A stretch of 64,000 nucleotides of DNA from an uncultured Methanolobus sp. (GTDB lineage Archaea > Halobacteriota > Methanosarcinia > Methanosarcinales > Methanosarcinaceae): the NCBI GenBank assembly GCA_963675495.1, contig OY776215.1, forward strand, positions 768,001 through 832,000, read 5' to 3'. This document shows, piece after piece, positions 32,361 to 42,058 of the stretch. Under the pieces are notes generated by a model. The model did not search any database and had not been told where the DNA came from. It worked only from the letters and a program-made list of their open reading frames with translations. The translations under genes were made by a program, and so were the position numbers. Every line of letters starts with the position of its first letter. Position 1 is the stretch's first letter.

Positions 32361-34601
32361 ATGCATCTCATCATAGCAGAAAAGCACATCGCAGCAAAAA
32401 GAATAGCAGCGATCCTGGCCCCAGGGAAGACAAAACAAGTTCGTGTGAGTGGAGTAGACACCTATGAATATGAAACAGAAGAGGGAACTAAGATATTCAT
32501 GGGACTTAGCGGACACATAGTAAAACTTGATTTTCCAAAAGCCTATAACAACTGGCAAAAAGTAGAAGCAAGCGAGCTGATATCCGCAGATATAATCACT
32601 ACATCAACGCAGGTAAAAATAGTAGCTGCACTGAAAAAACTGGGAAAAAAAGCCACCAAAGTAACAATTGCAACGGACTATGACAGAGAAGGAGAACTAA
32701 TTGGAGTTGAAGCTCTCGACATCATCCAGAAAGTGAATCCAGATGTCGAATTTGAACGTGTCCACTACAGTGCAATTACTCCAAAGGCTATTGATGATGC
32801 TTTTTCAAATCCTGTAAAAGTTGATTTCAACCTGGCAGATGCAGGGCATTCAAGACAGGTCATAGATCTTGTATGGGGTGCTTCACTTACACGTTATATA
32901 TCCCTTTCCGCAGGACGTCTTGGAAAGATGTTCCTTTCGGTAGGAAGAGTACAGTCACCTACCCTCTCACTGATAGTGGAACGTGAAAAGGAAAGAGATG
33001 CTTTTATTCCGAAGCCCTATTGGGAACTCTCAGCAATGCTTGAGAGCAAAAAGGGAGAACAGTTCAAGGTAGAACACCGCACAAAACGCTTCTGGGATAA
33101 GGAAGAAGTTGATGCGGCACTGGAAAAGATATCAGTGGGTGATGATGCTGTTGTAACTGATGTCACAACTTCCGAAAAAATAGACAAACAACCAACTCCT
33201 TTTAACACTACTGAATTTATCAGTGCTGCAAGTTCCATCGGTTTTACAGCAGCCAATGCAATGAGGATCGCTGAAACACTTTATACCAGCGGTTGGATCT
33301 CATACCCAAGAACCGATAACACTGTGTACCCTGAAAGTCTGGACCTCAGAGCACAGATAGAGATATTCAAAAAAGGTGCTTTCAAGCAATACGCGCTCAA
33401 ATTACTTGAGAAGAAAGAACTTGTACCCACAAAAGGCAAGAAAGAGACAACAGATCACCCCCCTATTTTTCCTGCATCCCTTGCCAAAAAATCAGAGATG
33501 AATGAGCAGGAATGGAAACTTTACGAACTTGTTGTCAGGCGTTTCTTTGCAACATTTGCCGACCCGGCCAAATGGGAGACCATTCGTTCAAAGTTTGACA
33601 TAAAAGAAGAAGAATTCAAGGCAAACGGCGCAAGACTTGTGGTCCCTGGGTGGAGATGGTACTATCATTACAATGCACCTGAAGACAGACTTTTACCAGA
33701 GCTTAATGAAGGCGACAAGCTCAATGTGAACAATGTGGAAGTTGAGGCAAAAGAAACACAGCCACCCGGAAGATATGGCCAGGGAAGACTCATAAGGATA
33801 ATGGAAGAGATGGGACTTGGCACCAAAGCAACCCGCCATGAGATTATCAGTAAACTTTATTCAAGAGCATACGTGCATGGAAATCCTTTGCAGCCTACCA
33901 AGACCGCAATTGCTGTTGTTGATGCTCTTGAAAAATTCGCTCCCACCATTTCTAAACCAGACATGACCAGCAAACTTGAAGCTGATATGGACAGGATAGC
34001 AGAAGGCGAGATACCTGAAGATGATGTACTGAACGAATCCAGGGAAATGCTGGAGCTTATGTTCAATGATCTTGAAGGAAACAAGGAAGATATCACAGAA
34101 TCATTGCGTGCTGGTCTTCGAGAGGACAAGATCATTGGTGTTTGTTCTAAGTGTAAATCAAACCTCATGATAATGAGATCAAAGAGAGGGTCCCGTTTTA
34201 TAGGCTGTGATGGGTACCCTGATTGCAATTTTGCACTCCCTCTTCCACGCTCAGGACAAATTGTGGTTACGGATAAATTATGTGAGGAGCACGGCATGTA
34301 CCACATACGCATAATCAACTCCGGCAAAAGGCCATGGAACCTTGGATGTCCACATTGTAACTTCCTTGAATGGCAAAAAACACAGGAAGAAGAAAAACAA
34401 AAGCAAGGCACTGATAAGGATAAGGAACGCCCAAAGACAATTAACGACATATCCGGAATTGGGAAAGTTACAACGGAAAAGCTTGCTGATGCTGGAATTT
34501 GTAGTTTGGATGATCTGTGCACTGCTGATGCCATAGAACTTGCAAAAGTTACAAGTATACCTGTTAAGAAATTAAAGAAATGGCAGTCTGAAATAGATTG
34601 A
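32361..34601 (+). CDS. topA: DNA topoisomerase IA with C-terminal zinc ribbons and HhH
   Basis: IAEK, ATDYDREGE, SVGRVQSP and ISYPRTD motifs. Confidence 0.97.
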   Translation: MHLIIAEKHIAAKRIAAILAPGKTKQVRVSGVDTYEYETEEGTKIFMGLSGHIVKLDFPKAYNNWQKVEASELISADIITTSTQVKIVAALKKLGKKATKVTIATDYDREGELIGVEALDIIQKVNPDVEFERVHYSAITPKAIDDAFSNPVKVDFNLADAGHSRQVIDLVWGASLTRYISLSAGRLGKMFLSVGRVQSPTLSLIVEREKERDAFIPKPYWELSAMLESKKGEQFKVEHRTKRFWDKEEVDAALEKISVGDDAVVTDVTTSEKIDKQPTPFNTTEFISAASSIGFTAANAMRIAETLYTSGWISYPRTDNTVYPESLDLRAQIEIFKKGAFKQYALKLLEKKELVPTKGKKETTDHPPIFPASLAKKSEMNEQEWKLYELVVRRFFATFADPAKWETIRSKFDIKEEEFKANGARLVVPGWRWYYHYNAPEDRLLPELNEGDKLNVNNVEVEAKETQPPGRYGQGRLIRIMEEMGLGTKATRHEIISKLYSRAYVHGNPLQPTKTAIAVVDALEKFAPTISKPDMTSKLEADMDRIAEGEIPEDDVLNESREMLELMFNDLEGNKEDITESLRAGLREDKIIGVCSKCKSNLMIMRSKRGSRFIGCDGYPDCNFALPLPRSGQIVVTDKLCEEHGMYHIRIINSGKRPWNLGCPHCNFLEWQKTQEEEKQKQGTDKDKERPKTINDISGIGKVTTEKLADAGICSLDDLCTADAIELAKVTSIPVKKLKKWQSEID

Positions 34602-34617
34602 CAGGAGTGAGTTATAA

Positions 34618-35856
34618 ATGGAACTGGAATTCAAAGGTGCATGCAGGGAAGTTGGAAGATCGGCAGTCCTCATTGATGATAAACTTATGATGGATTACGG
34701 AGTGTCTCCGGGAGAGCATATAAAGTACCCAGTGAATGGGTCACGGCCTGAGGCTGTGCTTGTATCCCATGCACACATAGACCATTCCGGAGCAGTTCCA
34801 AACCTAATGGACCTTGAACCTGATATCTACATGACACCAACTACTTTTGACCTCACACATATGCTGGCAAATGACACATTGAGAATTGCAGAAAGGAAAG
34901 GAGAAATGCCAGCATATGATTCTATTGACCTCTCAAAGTTTGTCCATAAAACAAAACAAGTGGATACGGGAGTCGAATTCCAAGTGCATGGTTACGATGT
35001 TGAGTTCCTGAATGCAGGACATATTCCCGGTGCATCAGCGATCCATGTCCGGGATAAAGAGGGTAAAAGTCTGTTCTACACAGGAGACATCAATACCGAT
35101 GATACACGACTGGTTCTCGGTGCAATTGACTTCCCTGATTCAGATATACTCATTACCGAAAGCACATATTTTGGGGACGACCACCCTCCCCGAAAAGAAA
35201 TCGAAAAGGAATTCATCGATTCGGTGCAGGATACTCTAAACATTGGTGGAAGCGTCATTATTCCTGCCTTTGCCATAGGGAGAACTCAGGAAATACTAAT
35301 GCTTCTGGATTCCTACGGCATCAGAGCCTATGTTGACGGAATGGGAGTACAGGCATACAAGATCATGTCAAGACATCCCGAGTACATACGCAATCCCACG
35401 CATCTTAAAAAAGCATTTGATAATGCTACCATGATAACTGGTCGCAAAAGAAATAAGATAAAACTTGAATCTTCCGTAGTTGTAACAACAGCCGGAATGC
35501 TCAATGGCGGACCTGTGCTCTATTACATCAATAAACTATACAATGATCCAAAATCAAAGATAATACTTACAGGATACCAGGTGGAAGGCACTAACGGCAG
35601 AATGGCATTGGACACAGGCAACATAGACAATGATGGAATTATCCAGCACCTCAAACCGAAAATAGAACAATATGATTTTTCCGCCCACTCAGGAGACAGG
35701 GAACTTAAAGAAATGGTGAAGGATTTCTGTGACAGAGGGACTGAACATGTCTTCACTATGCATGGAGATAACTGTGAAGGATTTGCAGACTGGGTAAAAG
35801 AAGAAATGGGCGTTGAGGCATTCGCACCGGAAATCGGTGAGCGCTTTACACTATAA
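34618..35856 (+). CDS. MBL-fold beta-CASP ribonuclease
   Basis: SHAHIDH, AGHIPG, YTGD, PAFAIGR and FSAH motifs. Confidence 0.92.
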   Translation: MELEFKGACREVGRSAVLIDDKLMMDYGVSPGEHIKYPVNGSRPEAVLVSHAHIDHSGAVPNLMDLEPDIYMTPTTFDLTHMLANDTLRIAERKGEMPAYDSIDLSKFVHKTKQVDTGVEFQVHGYDVEFLNAGHIPGASAIHVRDKEGKSLFYTGDINTDDTRLVLGAIDFPDSDILITESTYFGDDHPPRKEIEKEFIDSVQDTLNIGGSVIIPAFAIGRTQEILMLLDSYGIRAYVDGMGVQAYKIMSRHPEYIRNPTHLKKAFDNATMITGRKRNKIKLESSVVVTTAGMLNGGPVLYYINKLYNDPKSKIILTGYQVEGTNGRMALDTGNIDNDGIIQHLKPKIEQYDFSAHSGDRELKEMVKDFCDRGTEHVFTMHGDNCEGFADWVKEEMGVEAFAPEIGERFTL

Positions 35857-35871
35857 AAGGAAAATATCAAT

Positions 35872-36513
35872 TCATAAACATGAAGAACTTTGATATTTCA
35901 TATCATCGTTCATCTTTTTGGTCTTTATCATTGCAAGCTTAAGGTTTTCTATTGCATCGCTATGTTCAGGATCGATCCTGAGAACCTTGGAAAAACAGTC
36001 TGCTGCATCCTCATATTGTCCAAGACCGAAGTAAGCAAGCCCTTTTTTATTCCATACAACAGCAAATTTATTATCAAGCTCAATTTCCTTGTGAACCTTG
36101 CTATAACAGTTGATGGCTTCGTTATGATCACCCATCAATTCAAGTATATCACCTTTGTTGATCCATGCATTATCATTGTCAGGATCAAGGGCAAGTATCC
36201 GGTTATAACATTTGATGGACTCCTCATATTTACCCGTATTAAAGAGAACTACACCCATATTGCATAAGACATCAACATCATTTTTATTAAGAAAAACAGA
36301 GTTCCTGAAGCACTCTAAAGCTTCTTCATCCCTCCCAAGGAAAGAAAGTGCGATTCCCTTATTGTTCCAAACGAGTGCTATAGCCTCATTACTCCATAGT
36401 TCAGGATCCAGGTCCTCGCACTCCAATATGAGCGAAAAATATTCAATCTTCTCTTCCGGATCTTCGGCATCAAATGCTAATTTGAACCATTCTTCCGGCA
36501 CATCAGGATCCAT
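35872..36513 (-). CDS. Tetratricopeptide repeat protein
   Basis: Repeated W.NKG..L..LG..EEA..CF pattern. Confidence 0.88.
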   Translation of the reverse strand: MDPDVPEEWFKLAFDAEDPEEKIEYFSLILECEDLDPELWSNEAIALVWNNKGIALSFLGRDEEALECFRNSVFLNKNDVDVLCNMGVVLFNTGKYEESIKCYNRILALDPDNDNAWINKGDILELMGDHNEAINCYSKVHKEIELDNKFAVVWNKKGLAYFGLGQYEDAADCFSKVLRIDPEHSDAIENLKLAMIKTKKMNDDMKYQSSSCL

Positions 36514-36760
36514 TCAGCCAACCAACTCCAAAATAAATAACATGCTTCTATATACCGCCATATAGCAGTTCATTTTAATTTCTGTTTTCCCTAATGTGCA
36601 TAACATATTAATTAAGTTATCGAAATTATTCGGACACTGTAAAAGCATATCAACTTAGTTCTTAAAACTCCATTTTAAATTTGATACGATTTTCTTAGAA
36701 GAATCTCTAAAATAAGTTCCTGCTTCATGCGAACCTAGTTAACATAAGGAAACAGATTAT

Positions 36761-36805
36761 CTTATTATTATTATAATTATTATAATTATTATATTATAAG
36801 TATAA
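36761..36805. repeat. AT-only tandem repeat (TTATAATTA-like units)
   Basis: TTATTATTATTATAATTATTATAATTATTATATTATAAG. Confidence 0.7.
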
Positions 36806-36828
36806 CCGTTATAACCAGGGAGAATTAT

Positions 36829-37293
36829 ATGAATACTTTACAGATTTCAGATATGCATTTCGGCCCCCGACATTGAGATAGAGACAATTAAATCCTACTG
36901 GAGATTATCAATTCGTTTGATGCTGATATCGTCATCAACACCGGGAACAATGCAAGAGATGGTATGAAAGACGAGTGTGCTGAAGAAGGCTGTTTTTTAA
37001 ATTCCGCCGACCTTATCGATTTTGTACAAAAACATAAATTGAATACGTTTTTTGCGGTCATCCTCACGAACTGAAAATTATACAAGCAAATGATCAATAT
37101 CACGGTCATTTATTTACCAATTTTATGTGTGGCAGTCTATCCTCTAGCAATCATCCAAACGATGATAGCATGTTTTTGTATTATGAAAATGTGGACAGTG
37201 AAGATATACATTTACATCTGATACGAATCTTTTTAAAGATAAGGAAGGTACATTTTAAACAAGAAAAAGTCTTTTAGGGGAGACTTTCAGTAA
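36829..37293 (+). pseudogene. Calcineurin-like metallophosphoesterase pseudogene
   Basis: After a GGGAG RBS: MNTLQISDMHFGPRH*DRDN*ILLEIINSFDADIVINTGN, then CGHPH in another frame; stops, frameshifts and an internal deletion; end approximate. Confidence 0.7.
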
Positions 37294-37368
37294 TAATACT
37301 TTTATAAGTTCCTTTAACACAGTTGACACCCTTTATAATGGGATGAATACCAAACAATTGGATTTACA

Positions 37369-38388
37369 ATGAGTTTGGACCACAGCAATAGTGATAATGG
37401 AAATATAACCACCGCATTATTATTGGCAGCTGGTAAGGGCAGTCGTTTATATCCTCTAACACGCGACACACCTAAGTGCCTTACAATGGTCCATGAGGCT
37501 TCTATACTTGAGCGACTTGTCATCAATTTGAAAAAACAAGGCTTCAAACGTCTTGTCATTGTCACGGGATACCAGGAGAAATGTATTCGTGATTTTTTAG
37601 AAACGCGTTCATGCGGTATGACAATTGATTATATTTCCAGTCCCCTTTACGCGACCACCAATAACATCTATTCACTCTGGATGGCGCGCGATATTATTAA
37701 TGAGCCTTTCTTACTTGTTGAAAGCGACCTCATTTTTGATGAATCTCTTCTGGATGGTATGTGCTCTCCTGACCGAATTGCCGTTGGATGCATGCAACCA
37801 TGGATGAATGGTTCTACTGTTACAGCCAATAAATCCCATCATGTTAAGAAATTCCAAAGCGGTATTGCTGGGCCGCTTGATGAGATCAGATACAAAACTG
37901 TCAATATTTACAGTTTTTCACTCCCTTCGTGGCATAGTATTAAAGAAAGGCTGGGTCAGTATATTTCAGCCGGTAAAGTAAATGAATATTATGAAACCGT
38001 CTTTGCGGAAATGGTGACTGATGGCAGTCTCTCCCTTGAAACAATCTCATTTGACAGTAAGCGATGGTACGAAATAGACACAGTCTCAGATCTTGAAAAG
38101 GCTGAGAGATTATTTTCAGCAGACAAATATGAAACAATTATTCCTTACAATACCACATCAAAGATTTCTGGACTACCAAGGCCATTTTTTTTGATAAGCA
38201 ACAAACAGGGAGTAAAAGTGGTTACTCGTTCACTTTCCGCCTTAAGGCCATTGACCCAGTCTAACCCTTTGAATTTAAAGTCAATTTATCAAGCTAAGAC
38301 TTTAAAAAATGAAGTGCCACTTCAACATCATTTAAGAGGAATAATACCTGATGCAACACAATTACAAGACCCAAACCGAAAAATATGA
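37369..38388 (+). CDS. LicC-like phosphocholine/aminoalkyl-phosphate cytidylyltransferase
   Basis: LLAAGKGSRLYPLT..TPKCL, TNNIYSLW, LVESDL and WYEIDT..DL motifs; about 90 aa atypical C-terminal tail. Confidence 0.85.
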   Translation: MSLDHSNSDNGNITTALLLAAGKGSRLYPLTRDTPKCLTMVHEASILERLVINLKKQGFKRLVIVTGYQEKCIRDFLETRSCGMTIDYISSPLYATTNNIYSLWMARDIINEPFLLVESDLIFDESLLDGMCSPDRIAVGCMQPWMNGSTVTANKSHHVKKFQSGIAGPLDEIRYKTVNIYSFSLPSWHSIKERLGQYISAGKVNEYYETVFAEMVTDGSLSLETISFDSKRWYEIDTVSDLEKAERLFSADKYETIIPYNTTSKISGLPRPFFLISNKQGVKVVTRSLSALRPLTQSNPLNLKSIYQAKTLKNEVPLQHHLRGIIPDATQLQDPNRKI

Positions 38389-39466
38389 TTTCATTTCCAG
38401 ACAGCATGGTGGTTACTATCACCATGAATTTATTGATCATGCTTATCTTTACAATCTATATTTCCCGCCAGAAGCAGTTTTTACAAGCTTTAAAGATCAA
38501 ATTCACGACATTGTCCTTAACTATCCTATTGCACAGGATGCTCTTGCCGGTCTTATAAGTGATCTGATCCATCAACCTGCTGAAAGAATTGTTGTAGGAA
38601 ACGGTGCTGCTGAACTTATCAAAATCATCTCCGGCCACATCTCTGGCAAGTTGATTGTTCCAGTGCCATCTTTTAATGAATATGCAAATGCAGCACCTGA
38701 GGGACAGGTAGTAGAATTTCCTCTCGAATTTCCATCTTTTCAACTGGATGTAAACAAATTTGCTGCCGAAGCGATCAAAGTTAAAGCAGATGTTGCTGTC
38801 GTGGTAACACCTAATAACCCAACATCGATTCTGGTTCCAAAATCCGACCTAATATCTCTTTCTCAAAAACTTGCAGATCATGACTGTATGCTCATCATCG
38901 ATGAGTCCTTCATGGATTTTGCACATGATCCTGATCAGGCAACTCTGGAACACGAAGTTGAAAGCTATCCAAACATAGCCATCCTTAAAAGCATGAGCAA
39001 AGCCTATGGCATCTGTGGTCTCAGGATTGGTTATATGGTAACTGCAAATTTAGAATTCGCTGAATCTGTAAGAAAAGGCATACATATCTGGAATATTAAT
39101 GGATTCGCCGAAGAGTTTTTGCGGATATTGCCCGATTACAGAAAAGAGTTTGTTGAAAGCTGTAAACATGTACGTGTAGACCGAGATAATCTGTATAAAA
39201 GCCTGCGTGCTATCCCGGGAATGACTGTTTACAAACCCGATGCAAACTTTATTTTCTGCCGCCTGCCAGATCACGCACAAAGTGGTCCAGAAGTCACACG
39301 GAAATTGTTCATTGAGCATAACATGTATATAAAACACTGCCAAGACAAGACTCTACCTGATTCCAGCCGTTATGTTCGTATCGCCAGTCGTACTGAAACA
39401 GAAAATTACAAATTAGTTGAAGCGTTGATAGATGTTATTGACTCAGATAAAATGGAAGTATTCTGA
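38351..39466 (+). CDS. PLP enzyme class I/II (CobD/HisC-like, probable phospho-amino acid decarboxylase)
   Basis: HGGY, GNGAAELI, PNNPT, IDESF and KSMSKAYGICGLRIGY (PLP lysine) motifs. Confidence 0.85.
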   Translation: MQHNYKTQTEKYDFISRQHGGYYHHEFIDHAYLYNLYFPPEAVFTSFKDQIHDIVLNYPIAQDALAGLISDLIHQPAERIVVGNGAAELIKIISGHISGKLIVPVPSFNEYANAAPEGQVVEFPLEFPSFQLDVNKFAAEAIKVKADVAVVVTPNNPTSILVPKSDLISLSQKLADHDCMLIIDESFMDFAHDPDQATLEHEVESYPNIAILKSMSKAYGICGLRIGYMVTANLEFAESVRKGIHIWNINGFAEEFLRILPDYRKEFVESCKHVRVDRDNLYKSLRAIPGMTVYKPDANFIFCRLPDHAQSGPEVTRKLFIEHNMYIKHCQDKTLPDSSRYVRIASRTETENYKLVEALIDVIDSDKMEVF

Positions 39467-40098
39467 TGAATGATTCTGACCAGCAGCGATCACATCAGTT
39501 AGGAATGCTTGATTTTGTCCGGGATCTTCCAAACATCTGTTCTCTTGCAGGGTTGTTATGTGCAGTCCTTAGTATATACTATGCCATATTAGGTAATTTG
39601 TCATTTGCGATAATTGGGATGATATGGGCTGTTGTTTTTGATTGGGGAGACGGATTAATTGCTCGCCGGATGAAAGGGCGAACTGATGAATATCGAGCTT
39701 TCGGAGGGCAGCTTGATTCATTGATAGATATTGTAAGTTTTGGAATTTGCCCCGCTGTATTTCTCTTAAGCTATGGAGAATTCAGCCCATGGTTCCTACC
39801 CGGAGCATTTGTGATTGTTGCCGTTGGTGTAATAAGGTTGAGTTATTTCAATGTTTTTGGTTTAGTCGATGATTCGACTTATATGGGATTAGCACTTGAC
39901 AACAATGTCCTTATTCTTGCCTTTATCTTTCTGTTTAACAGTTATTTCAGCCAGCCGATCTTTACAATCACTATATATGCACTGTTAATTGTCATGGCTG
40001 CCTTTAATGTAGCACCAATCCGAACCCCCAAGTTTTCCAGCAGGTGGTTTTCTGTTCTCCTGATTTACACCGTGGGATTGACAGCTATTTATATATGA
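39466..40098 (+). CDS. CDP-alcohol phosphatidyltransferase
   Basis: Signature DWGDGLIARR...GGQLDSLID, PN..S, multiple TM helices; coupled to the previous gene by TGATG. Confidence 0.9.
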   Translation: MNDSDQQRSHQLGMLDFVRDLPNICSLAGLLCAVLSIYYAILGNLSFAIIGMIWAVVFDWGDGLIARRMKGRTDEYRAFGGQLDSLIDIVSFGICPAVFLLSYGEFSPWFLPGAFVIVAVGVIRLSYFNVFGLVDDSTYMGLALDNNVLILAFIFLFNSYFSQPIFTITIYALLIVMAAFNVAPIRTPKFSSRWFSVLLIYTVGLTAIYI

Positions 40099-40161
40099 AT
40101 ATTCTGGAACAAATATCAATGAATTTGAATCAATTACAATTGAAAAAAGGAGGTACAACAT

Positions 40162-41433
40162 ATGTGCAGCTACCAGCCACTAAGGAAATGTATCTCAAAC
40201 AATGACAATGAATTAATAATTTACGGGGCTGATTCTTTCTCTCAGTTCCCCCGCCGTGATGCATCTGTGCATTCAAAATGTGACAGAGCACTTCCAATAG
40301 CACGCCATGATGATCTGGTAGTTCTTCGTGGAACTCTGGATCAAGAGTATAATAAATGGCTGCGTTCTCATGGGCTTGGGTCGGATAATATTGTTGAATA
40401 TAATATTCATTCTCCTGAACTGACTCTTTCAGAACTGATCATTAAGGATCCTGAACCGGTCAATAAAATAATCAGACGGCTTGGGAGAATGCCTGTATAT
40501 GTGCCATGGTTTTCAGGGCGCATGGAGGCTGAAGCTGCAAAGGTCCTTGGAGCGGATCTTTTCGGGGCTACTGAAATTGCAACACTAACATATAATGATA
40601 AATCCGCTTTTAAGACCCTATGTCGACAATTAGACATATCTGTTGTTGAAGGCAGTTTATTTGAAATACATCCTGAAGATGCTAATAATTGCGTAGAGAT
40701 GAAAAACGTTATCAAATGGTATCTGTCAACCTGTGAAACGGTTATAATTCGAGGTGCTGTGGGCGAAGCAGGCATGTCTTTATACAAAACCCGAGGCAAT
40801 GATATTTCAGAGATATATCGTGAAATTGCAATTAGCGGTGAAAAATCGGTTATTATTGAGCCTTTTCTGAATGTTTCGTCTTCTCCAAATGATCAGTGGG
40901 TAATTAGTAGAAATGGAACTATAAATTCTCTTGGTATGCGAAATCAAATATGTGAAAGAGGTATGGTACACATTGGTACTCTTAAAGGAGCAATAATTTC
41001 ACAGGATATTTCAAATTTTATTACAAATACATCTGCAAAAATTATAAACAATATGCTTGAATTTGGATATCGGGGTGTAGTAGGCATCGATTATATTGTA
41101 TCGAATGATGGTATATTCCCTGTTGAAAATAATGCTCGTTTTAACAGTTCCTCTTATGTGGGCATGATAATAGATAACATTGAAGAATTAACAGCTCCTA
41201 TCCCCTGCTGGAAATTTATAAAAATAAAGACCGAAGCATGTTCTTTTCTTGAGCTCACGGACCGTATTGAACCAATACTTTATGATGGAAAAAAATCAAA
41301 TTCGGTGTTTCCTTTCAGCTGCGATACATTGCCGTTGTCCGGCGATTTTGCTGTTGTGCTCTTAGCCGAAAATATGGATGAGATATATAGCATAGAAAAA
41401 TCATTGAAAGAAATGGGTGTTAAAAGGTTTTAA
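40162..41433 (+). CDS. ATP-grasp ligase (PGM1/pre-ATP-grasp type)
   Basis: GGAGG RBS; YNDKSAF, IIEPF, GVVGIDYIV and VENNARFNSSSY motifs. Confidence 0.75.
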   Translation: MCSYQPLRKCISNNDNELIIYGADSFSQFPRRDASVHSKCDRALPIARHDDLVVLRGTLDQEYNKWLRSHGLGSDNIVEYNIHSPELTLSELIIKDPEPVNKIIRRLGRMPVYVPWFSGRMEAEAAKVLGADLFGATEIATLTYNDKSAFKTLCRQLDISVVEGSLFEIHPEDANNCVEMKNVIKWYLSTCETVIIRGAVGEAGMSLYKTRGNDISEIYREIAISGEKSVIIEPFLNVSSSPNDQWVISRNGTINSLGMRNQICERGMVHIGTLKGAIISQDISNFITNTSAKIINNMLEFGYRGVVGIDYIVSNDGIFPVENNARFNSSSYVGMIIDNIEELTAPIPCWKFIKIKTEACSFLELTDRIEPILYDGKKSNSVFPFSCDTLPLSGDFAVVLLAENMDEIYSIEKSLKEMGVKRF

Positions 41434-41515
41434 TCAAATCTATATACCCTAATGAGAAACAGCAATAATAAAAGAAAAAAGTGGCTAAAAATGAATTTTA
41501 TGATTTACTAAGCGA

Positions 41516-42058
41516 TCAACAACTCAATTTTTCATGTTCTTGCTCTTTGCGTATATCATCTATGTGAATAAGCCTGTTAGCATCGATACCAACCAAACAC
41601 ATACCGTTCTTGTCCATTGACCAAACGCAATATCTGTCACCTATATCTTCAGGTATTTTCTCAGATGGCAATTCAGCAGGAGTAATGCTACATGACTGAA
41701 GACCCGGATATTCATCAGGATTCAGTTCCATTATTGTTACTATTTTCTGCAAATATGAAAAGAGGACATTTATATCTTCATGATCCCACTTTCGAATTCT
41801 TTCACACATAATGGGAATCAGAATTTTTGCCACACCAGTATTTGCCAGTATCTTATGTGAAAGACAAATAGAAGCATTATCATGTTTAACATCGTCATTT
41901 GGTCCCCGGAAACAGAATATACCTTCACTGACCATTAATTCAAGGTCCAGAGGGTCTTCCGAGCTATTTATTGCATTTTCTACGATTTCTATGTCAAGAT
42001 CATACTCATCAGCAATTCTTATGATAGCTTTTTCTATAACTATACTATTGTCTATCAG
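41516..42058 (-). CDS. Conserved hypothetical protein
   Basis: Frame stays open 41 codons upstream of ATG 41935 to a CTG overlapping the mobA stop; first canonical start is 41935. Confidence 0.7.
   Translation of the reverse strand: MIDNSIVIEKAIIRIADEYDLDIEIVENAINSSEDPLDLELMVSEGIFCFRGPNDDVKHDNASICLSHKILANTGVAKILIPIMCERIRKWDHEDINVLFSYLQKIVTIMELNPDEYPGLQSCSITPAELPSEKIPEDIGDRYCVWSMDKNGMCLVGIDANRLIHIDDIRKEQEHEKLSC

Noticed and set aside
40096-40122. Selenocysteine or read-through at the TGA ending the CDP-alcohol transferase
   Set aside because: Only seven more codons follow. Methanosarcinaceae are not known to use Sec, and a TGG-to-TGA change or a natural stop is simpler.
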